IMG/VR virus record: IMGVR_UViG_3300016474_000913
Coordinates: 1 to 46,651 of that record
DNA: 46,651 nucleotides
Origin: a virus
Lineage: Duplodnaviria > Caudoviricetes
Strand: one strand, 5' to 3'
The stretch's first letter is position 1. Each line of letters begins with the position of its first letter. The position numbers were made by a program, and so were the translations under genes. The notes below the pieces were generated by a model that worked only from the letters and a program-made list of their open reading frames with translations, made no database searches and was not told where the DNA came from. Positions 35,701 to 44,643 of the stretch are shown in pieces.

Positions 35701-37564
35701 CTCAAACGCCATGAACGTCCTGGCCGGATTCACCAAGGGATCCGACACCTTTGGCACCCTGATGGGCTCCATCGAACTCCTGACCGGGGAAATCGGCATT
35801 GCCCTGACCCCCATCATCCTGCGCATCTCTGCCCTACTGCAAGGCATGGCCCGAGAGATCCAGCACGGCACTGGGTTCTTTGGTGGACTGGTCAAGAGCG
35901 TCACCGACTTTATCAACAGCATCTCCGCCGGGGACCTCAAGCTGCTGGTCTCCATCGGCGCCCTGGCCTCCGGAATCACCGCCCTGATGCCGCTTTTTGG
36001 AATCTTTTCCAGCGTCATCGGTATCTTTGCCACTGGCATTTCCATGGCGATGGGTCTCCTGACAAGCCCGATCATCCTGCTGGTGGGCGGCATCATTGGA
36101 CTCATCGGCTACTTTGGCGGACTCAATGCAATCATCAAGACCGCCCAGGTCCTTTGGAACAACCTGGGAACGGTCCTTACCGCCGTTGCCGTGGGCATTG
36201 CCGGTTGGATGGCAATGATGATTGCTCCAATGATTCCCTACATTGCCGTGATTGGTGCGGTGGCCCTGGCCTTTGGCGTGGTCATCAAGGTGATCGACAT
36301 TGTCACCGGAGCCTTCTCCAAGCTGGCCGACTGGGCCAAGAGCATCTTTGGCATCAAGAGCAAGGATGAAAAGCAGAAAGAGTCCAGCCAGTCCTACGCT
36401 GAAAAGATTGCCGGGAAGGGCGGCGAGAACAAGGAGGAACGCCAGAAAGCCCTGGAAGCCGCCAAGCAAGAGCAGGTGAAGAAGATCAAGAGCCTTGAAA
36501 AAGAAGCCAATGACGACCTTGCCCAGGCCAGCACCATGACGGACAAGCAGGGCAAGGAAAGCTTTCGGGCAAGCGCCCGGGACATTCGCAACAACAAGCT
36601 GCCCGAGGAAAAGGCCAAGCTCAAGGCGTTGGAAGAGCAATCTGCCAAGGAGAAACAAGCAGACTTCAAACCACCCGCCGCAGCCCCTGAGGGCACAGGG
36701 ACCGGACTCAACATCCCTGGCCTTGGCCAGATCAAGATGCCAGACATCTCCGGCATGCTTACCAACATGGCCGGAAACATCCCAGGCGGTGACAAACTCA
36801 AGGAGATGCTGGGATCCATGGCGCCCTCGGGAGCCCCTAAGCCTACCACAAAGGCCGAACCGGGTTCTGTAAAGTCCGCCACCGGCAAGGTCTACAAGGA
36901 CGAGATCGTCGACACCACGGGAAACACCCAGTACCGCATGAATGAAAAGTACAAGGGCGAGGCAGCCGAACACCGCAAACAGGCGGAAAGCTACCGCAAA
37001 GATGCCGAAAACTATGCCCCAGACACCCGTACGCACCAGGACCGCATGGCCAAGGCGGAGTACTTTGAGAACCAAGCCAAGGAAAAAGAAAGCTTCATCA
37101 AGAACCAGACCACCGGCAAGATGGCCGCCAAAGACGTGCAGTTTGTGGATGAGCACGAGGCACGGGACAACACCCTGCACGAGGAGAATCAGGCCAAGAT
37201 CAAAGCGGGTCGCAAGATGGAAGTCCTTCAGCACATGAAGGCCAACCCGGAGATGTACCAGAAAACCTATGCCTCCGAGGTTGCTGAGAAAAAGAAAGCG
37301 GCGGCTGACAAAGAGGAAAAGAAAAAAAACCTGAGCGACTCTTTGGCTGTCTCCCTAAAAGCCAACCGTGCGCAGCCTGCTTACTCTTCCATCGAAGAGG
37401 CCTACAAGAAAATCCAAGTATCCGCCCTGGGAACAGATTCCATGGATGCCGCCAAAAACGAACAACTAGAACGTGGCACCAACAAGATGCTGGGAGAACT
37501 CAACGGCATCCAGCAGGCCGTAAACGGTGTGACCCAGGAAATTCGTCAAACCCGCATGAAGTAA
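29780..37564 (+). CDS. Tape-measure-like polyvalent protein with DEDDh exonuclease, HExxH metallopeptidase and thermonuclease domains
   Basis: Position after the chaperone; FDMET/GKNAKGFD/HQADED; LFHESIH; IDADT..IRLEGIDALE..DRYGR; hydrophobic helices near the C-terminus. Confidence 0.85.
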   Translation: MAAQDPYGASHKRERLMQTPYTGVEAVRKILENFGAINSWITRLGDTLFSVSEAATRIDYQFRSLANFIQMSRSSGSGRGASGGYNTSFFKKGSKSNLDSMQERLDAYDLEQSKKKEIRDKYFQKQTNAEKLKEYKSFLKLKEDYQKQSLQKMRITLMGSFAYEELARKKIRQAINANSSSTSRPKAGKDSSDKPAASEYVAQYDKAMEESRNRGTAATATFDMETAAPEGVDVRTEEYKKAAEIIQLGIELGFADGSKNISKVWNLPKDVATNMPQDFEGTGKDFFEVLEKAYNAANKAMPEDVAKEIAELSKQIGEFTLIVGKNAKGFDTEILNSSTSNKSRTLGEAMEPFTGSKNTQHDIGEMYAEIFKKERYLSGANNESPTFQKMWAMLPDDKAANTPSDDYSFGLETIAQAMAPQLMEKFGVDVNKVGFHQADEDNKISAMLHILGVEMLRNLDKSIGAEPPETPASNLAEDPEKYANAVQNVLEELNKNLTEQFKPKTKKKRRKKAAPKPEPKTPPEDIKPEPEPETKPESETKPEPETKPEEKPTVDSSSTLDTPAPVAEKPAPVETPKAVQVKPKAKKFSFEKAIEDFETAFESLFGDFSKQFKAFEGKAPSKKVSIGAETTKEFLGFPKGYQEIIRKFQRQFNIDLSKISDFSKFQLKKFKEGETPGGTYNPGTKGISLYSGKDRYEEEVLTTLFHESIHALFDKLRKSSGLKDIGGFAESMPSEDLLTEPQKEIVKKYKELVKASRRAMIAAVSKQNYFGFNADTLRAAIKDFKNFGDYLKKPEEQIASLLSIQESGQLTQTNVFKDIDKNKKERDAKNKGKSTDIEEKQEYVKPEGYASKLKTFIQKILRPVLLAGTLASGIAMGMPAAAQAEMQNQPTQSQSVQSEKGGYKPYVPSNKPSPYTTSEEQDKGLTHEDKAWKHFEQFGYKQGFKKQPATLARYLVSLQQAGIGQDQIKEIEKEFYRITELYKQNGQITSSSYPRAGRKDGFNRKLSTGESIEANANWSGKHTPSVHFQKYLSEKHPNVSRSMPVYEDSDHESFEKDFKDQTFKKADTLKRSSDAATWDNQWYSNKKLSDFEAPFTKPSVAEPPKVEPSQPTPPKMEAPKAETPKSANPSQYNRSSLEPGKDYSVKNYRLIDADTLEVEVNEKPGKHSIRLEGIDALEKDQAGGTEATEALRQILKGKSQTFRAQKFDRYGRTVAGNLTAGGQDVEAEMLRQGHAVVYRGKGFNPERAAQLAPLEQQARAAKLGMHASGNAIDPFQFRRNKDKSQAQIQAAETGHMPGIISQQAGTVTGNARAEMEQVANAVQSLIKDVVQTTVEVQNTLSTAPPDFIKDQEASQPSTPSTSTAAPQLAKDQESLEETSRGFSKTLKTLLGNLLLALGGAGLTAGGMIIAGSKKDEEEEEETEKSRRARGIFPSRKEIQDRWDKRKADRQKQSEEAKPEETPPPDFYGPSRQDKLRDLAFKDLRREKLDEDEEKFLNEGNNFDEVWKIIDSITEFEKDQDFNQKAAYTKNLDIQALGFSHNSKNFPWEMTSQDYVSQEQGKFSEAMKRGMSPDLKPSNNKLAAEHFEIVKEALGKGFQVPDNVKKEFEEFRQRLANIVQEPPVNPDSAKLVEATKEEVKQKKLLNTETKKQIKTIKEGNKLDQDANKETKKEIDLKAAGSKSASDSDQPISFKDAIKQTLERITGAAYVPEREGGLVSEYAGKAKDLMANFFKPGKEFDPYLKARFGKGKEESTPSEEKTTVPSESSASSETIGSEASPTRENKASFMQKAKGKYLRFLAKARNTYNTVDQKTSSWDEALTSMVENFFGGGKPKEDSKPTATSNPMDVASVKRDLTSGKDNKLAAVQDGEAIINPKATAENKEVLGAINSGKPKGSWVKRLFGGRFAKGGIVGSVFGSTTGRSITGGSARPTTFGGQFSAGDPLAPLKLWVKDFAKNTQTGFLVKSFMNLGNAASNAMNVLAGFTKGSDTFGTLMGSIELLTGEIGIALTPIILRISALLQGMAREIQHGTGFFGGLVKSVTDFINSISAGDLKLLVSIGALASGITALMPLFGIFSSVIGIFATGISMAMGLLTSPIILLVGGIIGLIGYFGGLNAIIKTAQVLWNNLGTVLTAVAVGIAGWMAMMIAPMIPYIAVIGAVALAFGVVIKVIDIVTGAFSKLADWAKSIFGIKSKDEKQKESSQSYAEKIAGKGGENKEERQKALEAAKQEQVKKIKSLEKEANDDLAQASTMTDKQGKESFRASARDIRNNKLPEEKAKLKALEEQSAKEKQADFKPPAAAPEGTGTGLNIPGLGQIKMPDISGMLTNMAGNIPGGDKLKEMLGSMAPSGAPKPTTKAEPGSVKSATGKVYKDEIVDTTGNTQYRMNEKYKGEAAEHRKQAESYRKDAENYAPDTRTHQDRMAKAEYFENQAKEKESFIKNQTTGKMAAKDVQFVDEHEARDNTLHEENQAKIKAGRKMEVLQHMKANPEMYQKTYASEVAEKKKAAADKEEKKKNLSDSLAVSLKANRAQPAYSSIEEAYKKIQVSALGTDSMDAAKNEQLERGTNKMLGELNGIQQAVNGVTQEIRQTRMK
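31320..31435 (+). repeat. Coding Pro/Glu/Lys tandem repeat linker (PEPETK)
   Basis: PEPETKPESETKPEPETKPEEKP. Confidence 0.6.
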
Positions 37565-37574
37565 CGGAGAAGTT

Positions 37575-38627
37575 ATGCCGACGATCAAGACCGGTGGATA
37601 TGAGTTTGTCTATCATGAGAAGCAAGGCTCGCCTAAGGAAATGTGCTCCGGCGACGTGTTCCGTGCCCAGCGCACCTTTGATGTGCCCTATGACTTTCGC
37701 TGGGTGTTTATCAAGGCCATGCTGGGTACCGCAGCTATCAAAGGGGCAGGAACCAGCAGCAGTATTACTAGGGAGCTTCCCGACCAGTACTACGTCTTTT
37801 ATGGAAAAGCAACTCCCAAGGCGTTCATGGTGGCCACCACCCTGGAATCTCTGGAAAACATCGGGGAGCAGAAAATCTACGCCGATGACAACCTAGCAGG
37901 TTCCAAACTGATCACCTCCGGTTACAAGGTGGCCCGAATCACCATTGGCTATGAGTCCGTGACCTACGATGTCAAGACCGATGCCGAAATGGGATCTGAA
38001 ACCGAGTACGGTCTCAAGCGCTTTGTTACTGTGTTTCGTCAACCCACCGCTGAATTTCTTACCCTGCCTCAAGGAGCTTTCCGATGGGTTGAGGAAGATG
38101 ACTTTGGCAATGCAAAGTTGGACTCGTCTGGAAACCCCTGCGGTGTCAAGGTGGTTGGATCCAATGGCAAAATCATATCCGCCCAGGAGATTATCGTGGT
38201 TCATCACCGTGTGCCCGGGATTCCCAAGGCGGTCAACACGCACATCGGTTCCGTGAACAAGGAGGACTGGCCAGGACTGCGAGCATTGAAAGGCCAGTTG
38301 CTTTTGGCAAATATTGAGCTCAAACCGTACCGTTGGCTGGACGAAACCCGCCTCTACGACATCACCTACAAGTTCAAGTTCTTTGATCCAGACCCTGAAG
38401 CCTCAAAGAAAAACCCAACCAAACCCCGGGGGCACAACTGGTTTATGCAGTATTTTCCCGGAAACCTTTGTGACGTTTCCGGTGGAATCACTTCCCTGGA
38501 TGCCATTATTCCCAAGTACAAACTGATGACTCACAACGGCAAGTACGATGGACGAACCGTGTACGAGGAAAAAAGCATGAAAGACTTATTTACTGATTTC
38601 GTGAACACTCAGGACGGGCAGTACTAA
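37575..38627 (+). CDS. Tail tip/distal tail-like protein
   Basis: Immediately follows the tape measure gene. Confidence 0.5.
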   Translation: MPTIKTGGYEFVYHEKQGSPKEMCSGDVFRAQRTFDVPYDFRWVFIKAMLGTAAIKGAGTSSSITRELPDQYYVFYGKATPKAFMVATTLESLENIGEQKIYADDNLAGSKLITSGYKVARITIGYESVTYDVKTDAEMGSETEYGLKRFVTVFRQPTAEFLTLPQGAFRWVEEDDFGNAKLDSSGNPCGVKVVGSNGKIISAQEIIVVHHRVPGIPKAVNTHIGSVNKEDWPGLRALKGQLLLANIELKPYRWLDETRLYDITYKFKFFDPDPEASKKNPTKPRGHNWFMQYFPGNLCDVSGGITSLDAIIPKYKLMTHNGKYDGRTVYEEKSMKDLFTDFVNTQDGQY

Positions 38628-38690
38628 AACCTCTGGAATCCCCCGCTGGTTTGGATTAAGATACATAAAACCTACGAAAAGGTGCAAACC

Positions 38691-39038
38691 ATGGCCGAAA
38701 CGTACGAGCTGCCTATCGACCAGGGAGGTACCCTTCAGGTCCCCTTTTTCCTGAAGGACGAGAACGGAACCGCCCTGAACCTGACCGGATACTCCGCCCG
38801 CATGCAGATGCGCACCTCTTACACCGCCGCCACCCCCTCCCTGAGCCTCTCCACCACGGACGGCTCCATTACCATCGACCCTACCCTGGGCAAGCTAACC
38901 CTGAACGCATCAGCCACCACCACCGCCGCCCTGGCCGCTCGCCGATACGTCTATGACATCGAGATCGTTTCCCCCTCGGGGTATGTCACTCGCATCGTCC
39001 AAGGCAACGCCGTTGTCTCGCCGGAGGTCACCCGCTAA
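38691..39038 (+). CDS. Baseplate-upper (BppU-like) adaptor domain protein
   Basis: IDQG, NLTGYSARMQMR, YVYDIEI, RIVQG..VSPEVTR. Confidence 0.65.
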   Translation: MAETYELPIDQGGTLQVPFFLKDENGTALNLTGYSARMQMRTSYTAATPSLSLSTTDGSITIDPTLGKLTLNASATTTAALAARRYVYDIEIVSPSGYVTRIVQGNAVVSPEVTR

Positions 39039-39292
39039 TGCCCAATATCACCGTTCAGACCACGCAGTCCCCGATCACGGTCACCACGAACCGCATCTCC
39101 GTGACCGCATCCACCACCGGGATCCAAGGAGTCCCTGGACCCCAGGGACCCGCAGGACTCAACGGGGCTGTCTACATCCAAGACATGCTGGACGCCATCA
39201 TCATCAACCCGCAGAACGATCAGTTCTTGAAATACATCAACGGGGCCTGGACCAACGTGAACACCCAAGTCATTGACGGAGGAAACTGGTAA
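39038..39292 (+). CDS. Short collagen-like fibre adaptor
   Basis: GIQGVPGPQGPAG; ends IDGGNW. Confidence 0.6.
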   Translation: MPNITVQTTQSPITVTTNRISVTASTTGIQGVPGPQGPAGLNGAVYIQDMLDAIIINPQNDQFLKYINGAWTNVNTQVIDGGNW

Positions 39293-40506
39293 TGGCAAAC
39301 ACGATCCGCATCAAACGCCGCTCAAGCTCCGGTTCCGCCGGCGCTCCTGCCTCCCTGGCCTCCGCTGAGCTGGCCTTCAACGAAAACGACAACACGCTCT
39401 ACTACGGCTACGGGGACTCCAGCGGCATCGCTACATCGATCACCGCCATAGCCGGCTCGGGTGCCTACGCTACCCTGGGCACGACCCAGACCATCTCCGG
39501 CGCCAAGACCTTCTCCAACACCGTTACCTTCACGAACACCTCGGTTACATTCCCCACGGGCTTCACCCTCCCCGTGAACCGAGGAGGCACAGGGGCGGAT
39601 ACTGCCTCCGGGGCCCGAACCTCCCTCGGCGCAGCCGCCTCTGGTGCCAATTCTGACATCACCAGCATCACCGGCCTGACCACCATGTTGGCCGTCAACC
39701 AAGGCGGAACCGGCGCCAGCACCGCCTCCACTGCCCGAACCAACCTCGGCCTTGGTAGCATCGCCACGCAGGACTCCAGCAACGTTTCCATCACGGGCGG
39801 GAGCATTTCTGGGATCACGGATCTGGCGATTGCCGACGGCGGCACCGGAGCTTCCACCGCATCCGCAGCCAGAGTCAACCTCTTGCCCTCCTACACCGGC
39901 AACGGCAGCAAGCTCCTGGCCTTGAACTCTGGGGCCACGGACGTGGAGTGGATCACCGCTCCTGTCACCGGGGTCACCAGCGTAGCCCTGTCCGCACCCG
40001 CCATCTTCAGCGTCTCGGGATCCCCGGTAACCTCCACGGGCACCCTGGCCCTGAGCCTTGCCACCCAGACCGCGAACTACGTTTGGGCCGGACCGACCAC
40101 CGGCGCTGCGGCCACTCCGACTTTCCGGGCCCTGGTTGCTGCGGACATCCCCGCTCTCAGTTATCTCTCGTCTTCCGGTGGCACCGTGTCCGGCAACCTG
40201 GTCGTGACCGGCGACCTCACCATCCAGGGAACCACGACCACCGTGGACTCCACTGTCCTCAACGTGGCGGACAAGAACATCACCATGGCCAACGTGGCCT
40301 CTCCCACCAACACCACGGCAGACGGGGGCGGTATCACGGTCAAGGGCACCACAGACAAGACCTTCAACTGGGTCAACGCCAGTTCTTCGTGGACCAGCTC
40401 GGAGCATTTGGATTTGGCCTCGGGCAAGGCATTCAAGATCAACGGCACCACGGTGCTCAGTGGCACCAACCTCGACAACGTGACCATCGACGGAGGCACG
40501 TTCTAG
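39292..40506 (+). CDS. Tail fibre protein 1
   Basis: MANTIRIKR..ELAF N-terminus; repeated GGTGA motifs; ends IDGGTF. Confidence 0.75.
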   Translation: MANTIRIKRRSSSGSAGAPASLASAELAFNENDNTLYYGYGDSSGIATSITAIAGSGAYATLGTTQTISGAKTFSNTVTFTNTSVTFPTGFTLPVNRGGTGADTASGARTSLGAAASGANSDITSITGLTTMLAVNQGGTGASTASTARTNLGLGSIATQDSSNVSITGGSISGITDLAIADGGTGASTASAARVNLLPSYTGNGSKLLALNSGATDVEWITAPVTGVTSVALSAPAIFSVSGSPVTSTGTLALSLATQTANYVWAGPTTGAAATPTFRALVAADIPALSYLSSSGGTVSGNLVVTGDLTIQGTTTTVDSTVLNVADKNITMANVASPTNTTADGGGITVKGTTDKTFNWVNASSSWTSSEHLDLASGKAFKINGTTVLSGTNLDNVTIDGGTF

Positions 40507-40509
40507 TCT

Positions 40510-42771
40510 ATGGCCAATACCTTCAAGCCCAAGCGCAGTTACACCGCCAGCAACACCCCGACCCTAGCGGCCGGGGAACTGGGCATTAACGCCGCTGATG
40601 GGAAGATGTGGATTGGCAACGCCGCCGGAACCGCTAATGTGCTGGTTTCCTCTCTATCCCTGGCGGATCTCACGGGAACTTTAGCCATTAGCAAGGGTGG
40701 CACTAACATTACCACCTACACCACCGGGGACCTGCTCTACTCCTCGGCCACCAACACGCTTGCCAAACTTTCCGGCAACACCACCACGACCAAACAGTTT
40801 TTATCCCAGACAGGAACCGGGTCTGCCTCTCAGGCCCCGGCATGGTCCACGGTGTCCAAGTCCGACGTGGGACTAGGGAGTGTGGAAAACACCGCTCTCA
40901 GTACCTGGGCAGGCAGTACCAACGTGACCACCTTGGGAACCGTGGGCACCGGAACGTGGAATGCAACTACGATTGGATTGTCCAAAGGTGGCACCAATGC
41001 TGCCCTCACGGCGGTCAACGGAGGCGTTGCCTACAGCACGGCTTCCGCTTTGGCCCTGACCGCTGCCGGCACCAGTGGCCAGATCCTCAAGTCCAACGGA
41101 GCCGGAGCTCCCACCTGGATGAGCACGAGCTCCATCACCAGTGTGGGAACCTTGAGCGATCTTACTATCACTTCCACAAGCACTACCACTTGTCCGCTGA
41201 ATATCAATGCAGCGTTAAACCAAACAGGACTTTTATTTTCTATAAAAGATTCTGGGAGCAATTACCTCTTCTATGTCAATGTTTATGGTTCAATATACGG
41301 TAATAATATAGACTGTAAATCGTTGACAGTAGGACCCCTAACTTATCCCAATTATCACAACTCTATGGGGGGTCAGGTTTTAACCATTGATGCGACCGGA
41401 ACAATAACCTGGGCCACACCATCCTCTTCAACCCCCACGACTGCCGCTGGTGCATATGGCGACATTCAATGGAACGATGGAAGTGGTGGATTTACTGCAA
41501 GTAGTTCTTTTTCCTACTTGTCAAGTGCGTATGATCAGTTGGCACTTTATAGTTCTGGTGGTGGATTAGGTGTGTTTGGGATTTTTGCATCTAATGTGCA
41601 AACTTATCCACTACTTGAATTTAGGAATTATTTAGGCACAACGGTATATAGTTATTTTGATGCTACTGGAAATCTTTATCTCAATGCACAAGGAAATATA
41701 AAGTTTGCTGATGCTGACAGTAGCAATTACGCTGCAATTCAAGCGCCAGCAACCATACCTTCAAACTATACGCTTACTCTTCCTACCACCGCAGGAACTT
41801 CCAATTACGTTTTAAAGACAGACGGATCCGGAAACTTATCTTGGACCAACGGCATATCGAATTTGCTAGGCGGTGGTGCAGGACAGATTCCCTACAACAC
41901 CTCCTCAGGTGCCACGTCTTTTTTGATGGCAGGTACCAGCGGTCAAGTTCTTCGCAGCAACGGTGTCATAGGGCTTATGTGGGAGGCGCAAGGACTTTTT
42001 TCCGGTGGTCGTTTGACCCTAACCTCGGCTACACCAATTACGACAGCAGACGTAACAGGAGCCACTACCCTGTACTACACGCCTTACAATAGTGACAAAA
42101 TTAGTGTTTATGATGGCTCCAACTGGGCAACCTACACCTTTACGGAAAGATCTTTGGCTTTAGGTACTTTAACATCGGGTAAAAATTACGATGTGTTTAT
42201 TTACAATAATGCAGGAACATTGACATTAGAAGCATTAGCGTGGTCAACTGATACTGCAAGAGCAACTGCACTTGTTTTGACTAATGGCATATATCTAAAG
42301 TCAGGTCAAACAACTAGAAGATATCTTGGTACTTTTAGAACTACTTCCACTACTACTACAGAAGACTCCATTGCCAAACGATTTGTTTGGAATTTTAATA
42401 ACCGTGTCGAAAAGCCGCTGTATAAAAACGGCACCACCAGCCACACCTACACCACCGCCTCATGGCGCAACTGGAATAATGACGCTACCCTTCGAGTGGA
42501 GTTTGTGTTGGGCATCGACGCCGCCCAGGTAATTCATTTTGGCGGGGCTGCTACCGGAACAGGTATTGACATAGGCGCAGGGTTTGACGGAGGAACGCCG
42601 GGCTATGATTCGGTTAATTCCACCGGCACTGGCGTTTCCCAAGTGCGTGCCGGTCGGGCTTATTCTTCCAGGGGAACTTTCTTGGGCTACCACTACTGCC
42701 AGATGCACGAATATGGCGTATCAGGCACAACCTTTTTAGACGCACGACTGGAAGGAACCATATGGTGTTAG
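40510..42771 (+). CDS. Tail fibre protein 2
   Basis: MANTFKPKRS..GELGIN; T/G/S-rich repeats; GRLTLTS..P C-terminal domain. Confidence 0.75.
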   Translation: MANTFKPKRSYTASNTPTLAAGELGINAADGKMWIGNAAGTANVLVSSLSLADLTGTLAISKGGTNITTYTTGDLLYSSATNTLAKLSGNTTTTKQFLSQTGTGSASQAPAWSTVSKSDVGLGSVENTALSTWAGSTNVTTLGTVGTGTWNATTIGLSKGGTNAALTAVNGGVAYSTASALALTAAGTSGQILKSNGAGAPTWMSTSSITSVGTLSDLTITSTSTTTCPLNINAALNQTGLLFSIKDSGSNYLFYVNVYGSIYGNNIDCKSLTVGPLTYPNYHNSMGGQVLTIDATGTITWATPSSSTPTTAAGAYGDIQWNDGSGGFTASSSFSYLSSAYDQLALYSSGGGLGVFGIFASNVQTYPLLEFRNYLGTTVYSYFDATGNLYLNAQGNIKFADADSSNYAAIQAPATIPSNYTLTLPTTAGTSNYVLKTDGSGNLSWTNGISNLLGGGAGQIPYNTSSGATSFLMAGTSGQVLRSNGVIGLMWEAQGLFSGGRLTLTSATPITTADVTGATTLYYTPYNSDKISVYDGSNWATYTFTERSLALGTLTSGKNYDVFIYNNAGTLTLEALAWSTDTARATALVLTNGIYLKSGQTTRRYLGTFRTTSTTTTEDSIAKRFVWNFNNRVEKPLYKNGTTSHTYTTASWRNWNNDATLRVEFVLGIDAAQVIHFGGAATGTGIDIGAGFDGGTPGYDSVNSTGTGVSQVRAGRAYSSRGTFLGYHYCQMHEYGVSGTTFLDARLEGTIWC

Positions 42772-43262
42772 ATTATCTTCACACCTTGATCTCCAAAGTT
42801 TGCCCGATTGAAGGACTGGCCTTTTTGGAAAACGGAAGTTTTCGTTTGGATTTTGCTGCGCAAGCAACAGAAGAACAAAAAAATCAAGCTTTATCTGTAC
42901 TAGAGCAATGGCCTTTACTACAAGCTAAAGAAGAAAAACTTTTGAACATTGCCGCTGAATGGGGTCTTCAACTTAAACAGGGCTGGGACTCTGGCCAAGG
43001 ACGCTTAGGTCTAACTGCCGAGGATGTGGCTTTGTTATCCGGAGCCTTTACCCTGGCCAAGGAAGCCGCTGCCTTAGGTTTGCCCCTGCCCAAGCTGATT
43101 ACGTTGGATGACACCACCATACCCTTTGCCACGATCCAGGAAATGACCACCCTGCTCCTGCGCTACGGCGCCGCACGGGCCGAGCTTTCCGAGACCTTTG
43201 CCGCCCGCCGCAAAGCCGTGGAGTCCGCCACCACCCTGGAAGAGCTCAACGCCCTCCCTTAA
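42762..43262 (+). CDS. Tail fibre assembly-like protein (DUF4376-like)
   Basis: Follows the fibre gene; ends AVESATTLEELNAL. Confidence 0.55.
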   Translation: MVLDYLHTLISKVCPIEGLAFLENGSFRLDFAAQATEEQKNQALSVLEQWPLLQAKEEKLLNIAAEWGLQLKQGWDSGQGRLGLTAEDVALLSGAFTLAKEAAALGLPLPKLITLDDTTIPFATIQEMTTLLLRYGAARAELSETFAARRKAVESATTLEELNALP

Positions 43263-43327
43263 AAGGAGTTGCCCTACCCCTAATGTCCTTGGTATGATTA
43301 GGTGTCAGGAATTCAGGGGGAGTAGGA

Positions 43328-43513
43328 ATGGCTTCCGCAGACTCTTGCACCGTGACCACGGACCCGATGTATTTCTACCTGCCGGTCTTCAGCACCGAGA
43401 CCGGTGACATCTCCGTCCGGACCTGCCGTGTCATTTCCTCCCTGGAGCTCGGGATCCTCCCTCAGGTCACCGAGTCCTACTACGAAAAACAAATCGTCGA
43501 GTACGTGGACTGA
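43328..43513 (+). CDS. Small hypothetical protein
   Basis: GGAG RBS; GC-biased third codon positions. Confidence 0.5.
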   Translation: MASADSCTVTTDPMYFYLPVFSTETGDISVRTCRVISSLELGILPQVTESYYEKQIVEYVD

Positions 43514-43522
43514 GAGGGAACC

Positions 43523-44641
43523 ATGCCGCACTCCGCACCCAACATACCCGAATCCTCGCCGCACCACGTCAAGTCGGAAACCCTGAACGGAATACTGAAT
43601 GCAGTAAAAGGAGCGGCTACTAATTTTTTTAGTGGAGGTATTAATGCGAACTCCACATCAAGTGGAAACTCTGTTAACGCAAGCGATCTTGAAAGTGAAA
43701 GATCTTTTTGGGCAGTGATTACCAGAAGGCTAAGGTACTTTAGTAAACCTTCTTTATCTTACCTAAGAATTTCCAAGTCAGAAAGAATTCGAAAGTTTTC
43801 TAGTCCTACCACCCCCTACGACATTCCAGGATGGTACAAAGTTTCCAACGGACTCTGGATCACGGATCAGGAAAAATCTCCAGACTCCACGGCAATTCAG
43901 CTTTGGAGAAATCCCTGGGACAGTTACGACGGATACGTTCGAGAAGATGGAAAATGGGATGAAGATTTGCAGCAGCCTTTTTTTGAAAGGCGTGGAACCA
44001 GTGAATCACGAAGGCATTACTACGCCCCAAAAGAAAATCGTTATGTGGAGTATGGACCGTGGAAAGGAACGTACCCCGGAGTTGCAGCCGGAGGAAATAA
44101 TTCAAATGCCGGTACTCCTGAGTGGGAATATTTTTGCGGATATTGTCCTCAATTTATCTGGTGCTATGGATGGGCAGAAATTATTGATGCTTTGGATCTA
44201 ACCCGAAGAGACTCTATTATAGCTCCTATTAACAATTATCAAGGAAGGCCGACTCCAGATCCACGGTATTTATCCAGACATCCAGCACCCTGGCAACAAG
44301 ATCCAAACATTCAGTTTGAAGATACGGTGCCTAAACCAAAAAGGTATTATTGCTATTTAAACTGTGCCCCTGCTTTATACATGAGTCACGGAGGAGAGTT
44401 TGGAAATGCTATGGCAGAAAATAGAGCTCATGAAGTTAATAATGGGATGTCTGTAACAGGATCAGTAGTTCGCATGTGGAAAGGTAAAGGAAGCTATCAC
44501 CTATTTTCTGAACCCCAATACCCAAAGGGATCTAATTTTTACATGCCTGTAGGAGGAGATGGAAGTTTTGGAACGTCAGGGGTTGAAAATGCTCCATATC
44601 ATTTTTGGAAATATGCTCACAACCCGTTTCACATGTGGTAA
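43523..44641 (+). CDS. Tail-associated paralogue 1
   Basis: Shares motifs with the next two genes. Confidence 0.65.
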   Translation: MPHSAPNIPESSPHHVKSETLNGILNAVKGAATNFFSGGINANSTSSGNSVNASDLESERSFWAVITRRLRYFSKPSLSYLRISKSERIRKFSSPTTPYDIPGWYKVSNGLWITDQEKSPDSTAIQLWRNPWDSYDGYVREDGKWDEDLQQPFFERRGTSESRRHYYAPKENRYVEYGPWKGTYPGVAAGGNNSNAGTPEWEYFCGYCPQFIWCYGWAEIIDALDLTRRDSIIAPINNYQGRPTPDPRYLSRHPAPWQQDPNIQFEDTVPKPKRYYCYLNCAPALYMSHGGEFGNAMAENRAHEVNNGMSVTGSVVRMWKGKGSYHLFSEPQYPKGSNFYMPVGGDGSFGTSGVENAPYHFWKYAHNPFHMW

Positions 44642-44643
44642 TT

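Noticed and set aside
38637-38650. Partial match to the repeated motif (AATCCCCCGCTGG) in a late intergenic gap
   Set aside because: It lacks the TGGCG core and points antisense to the late genes.
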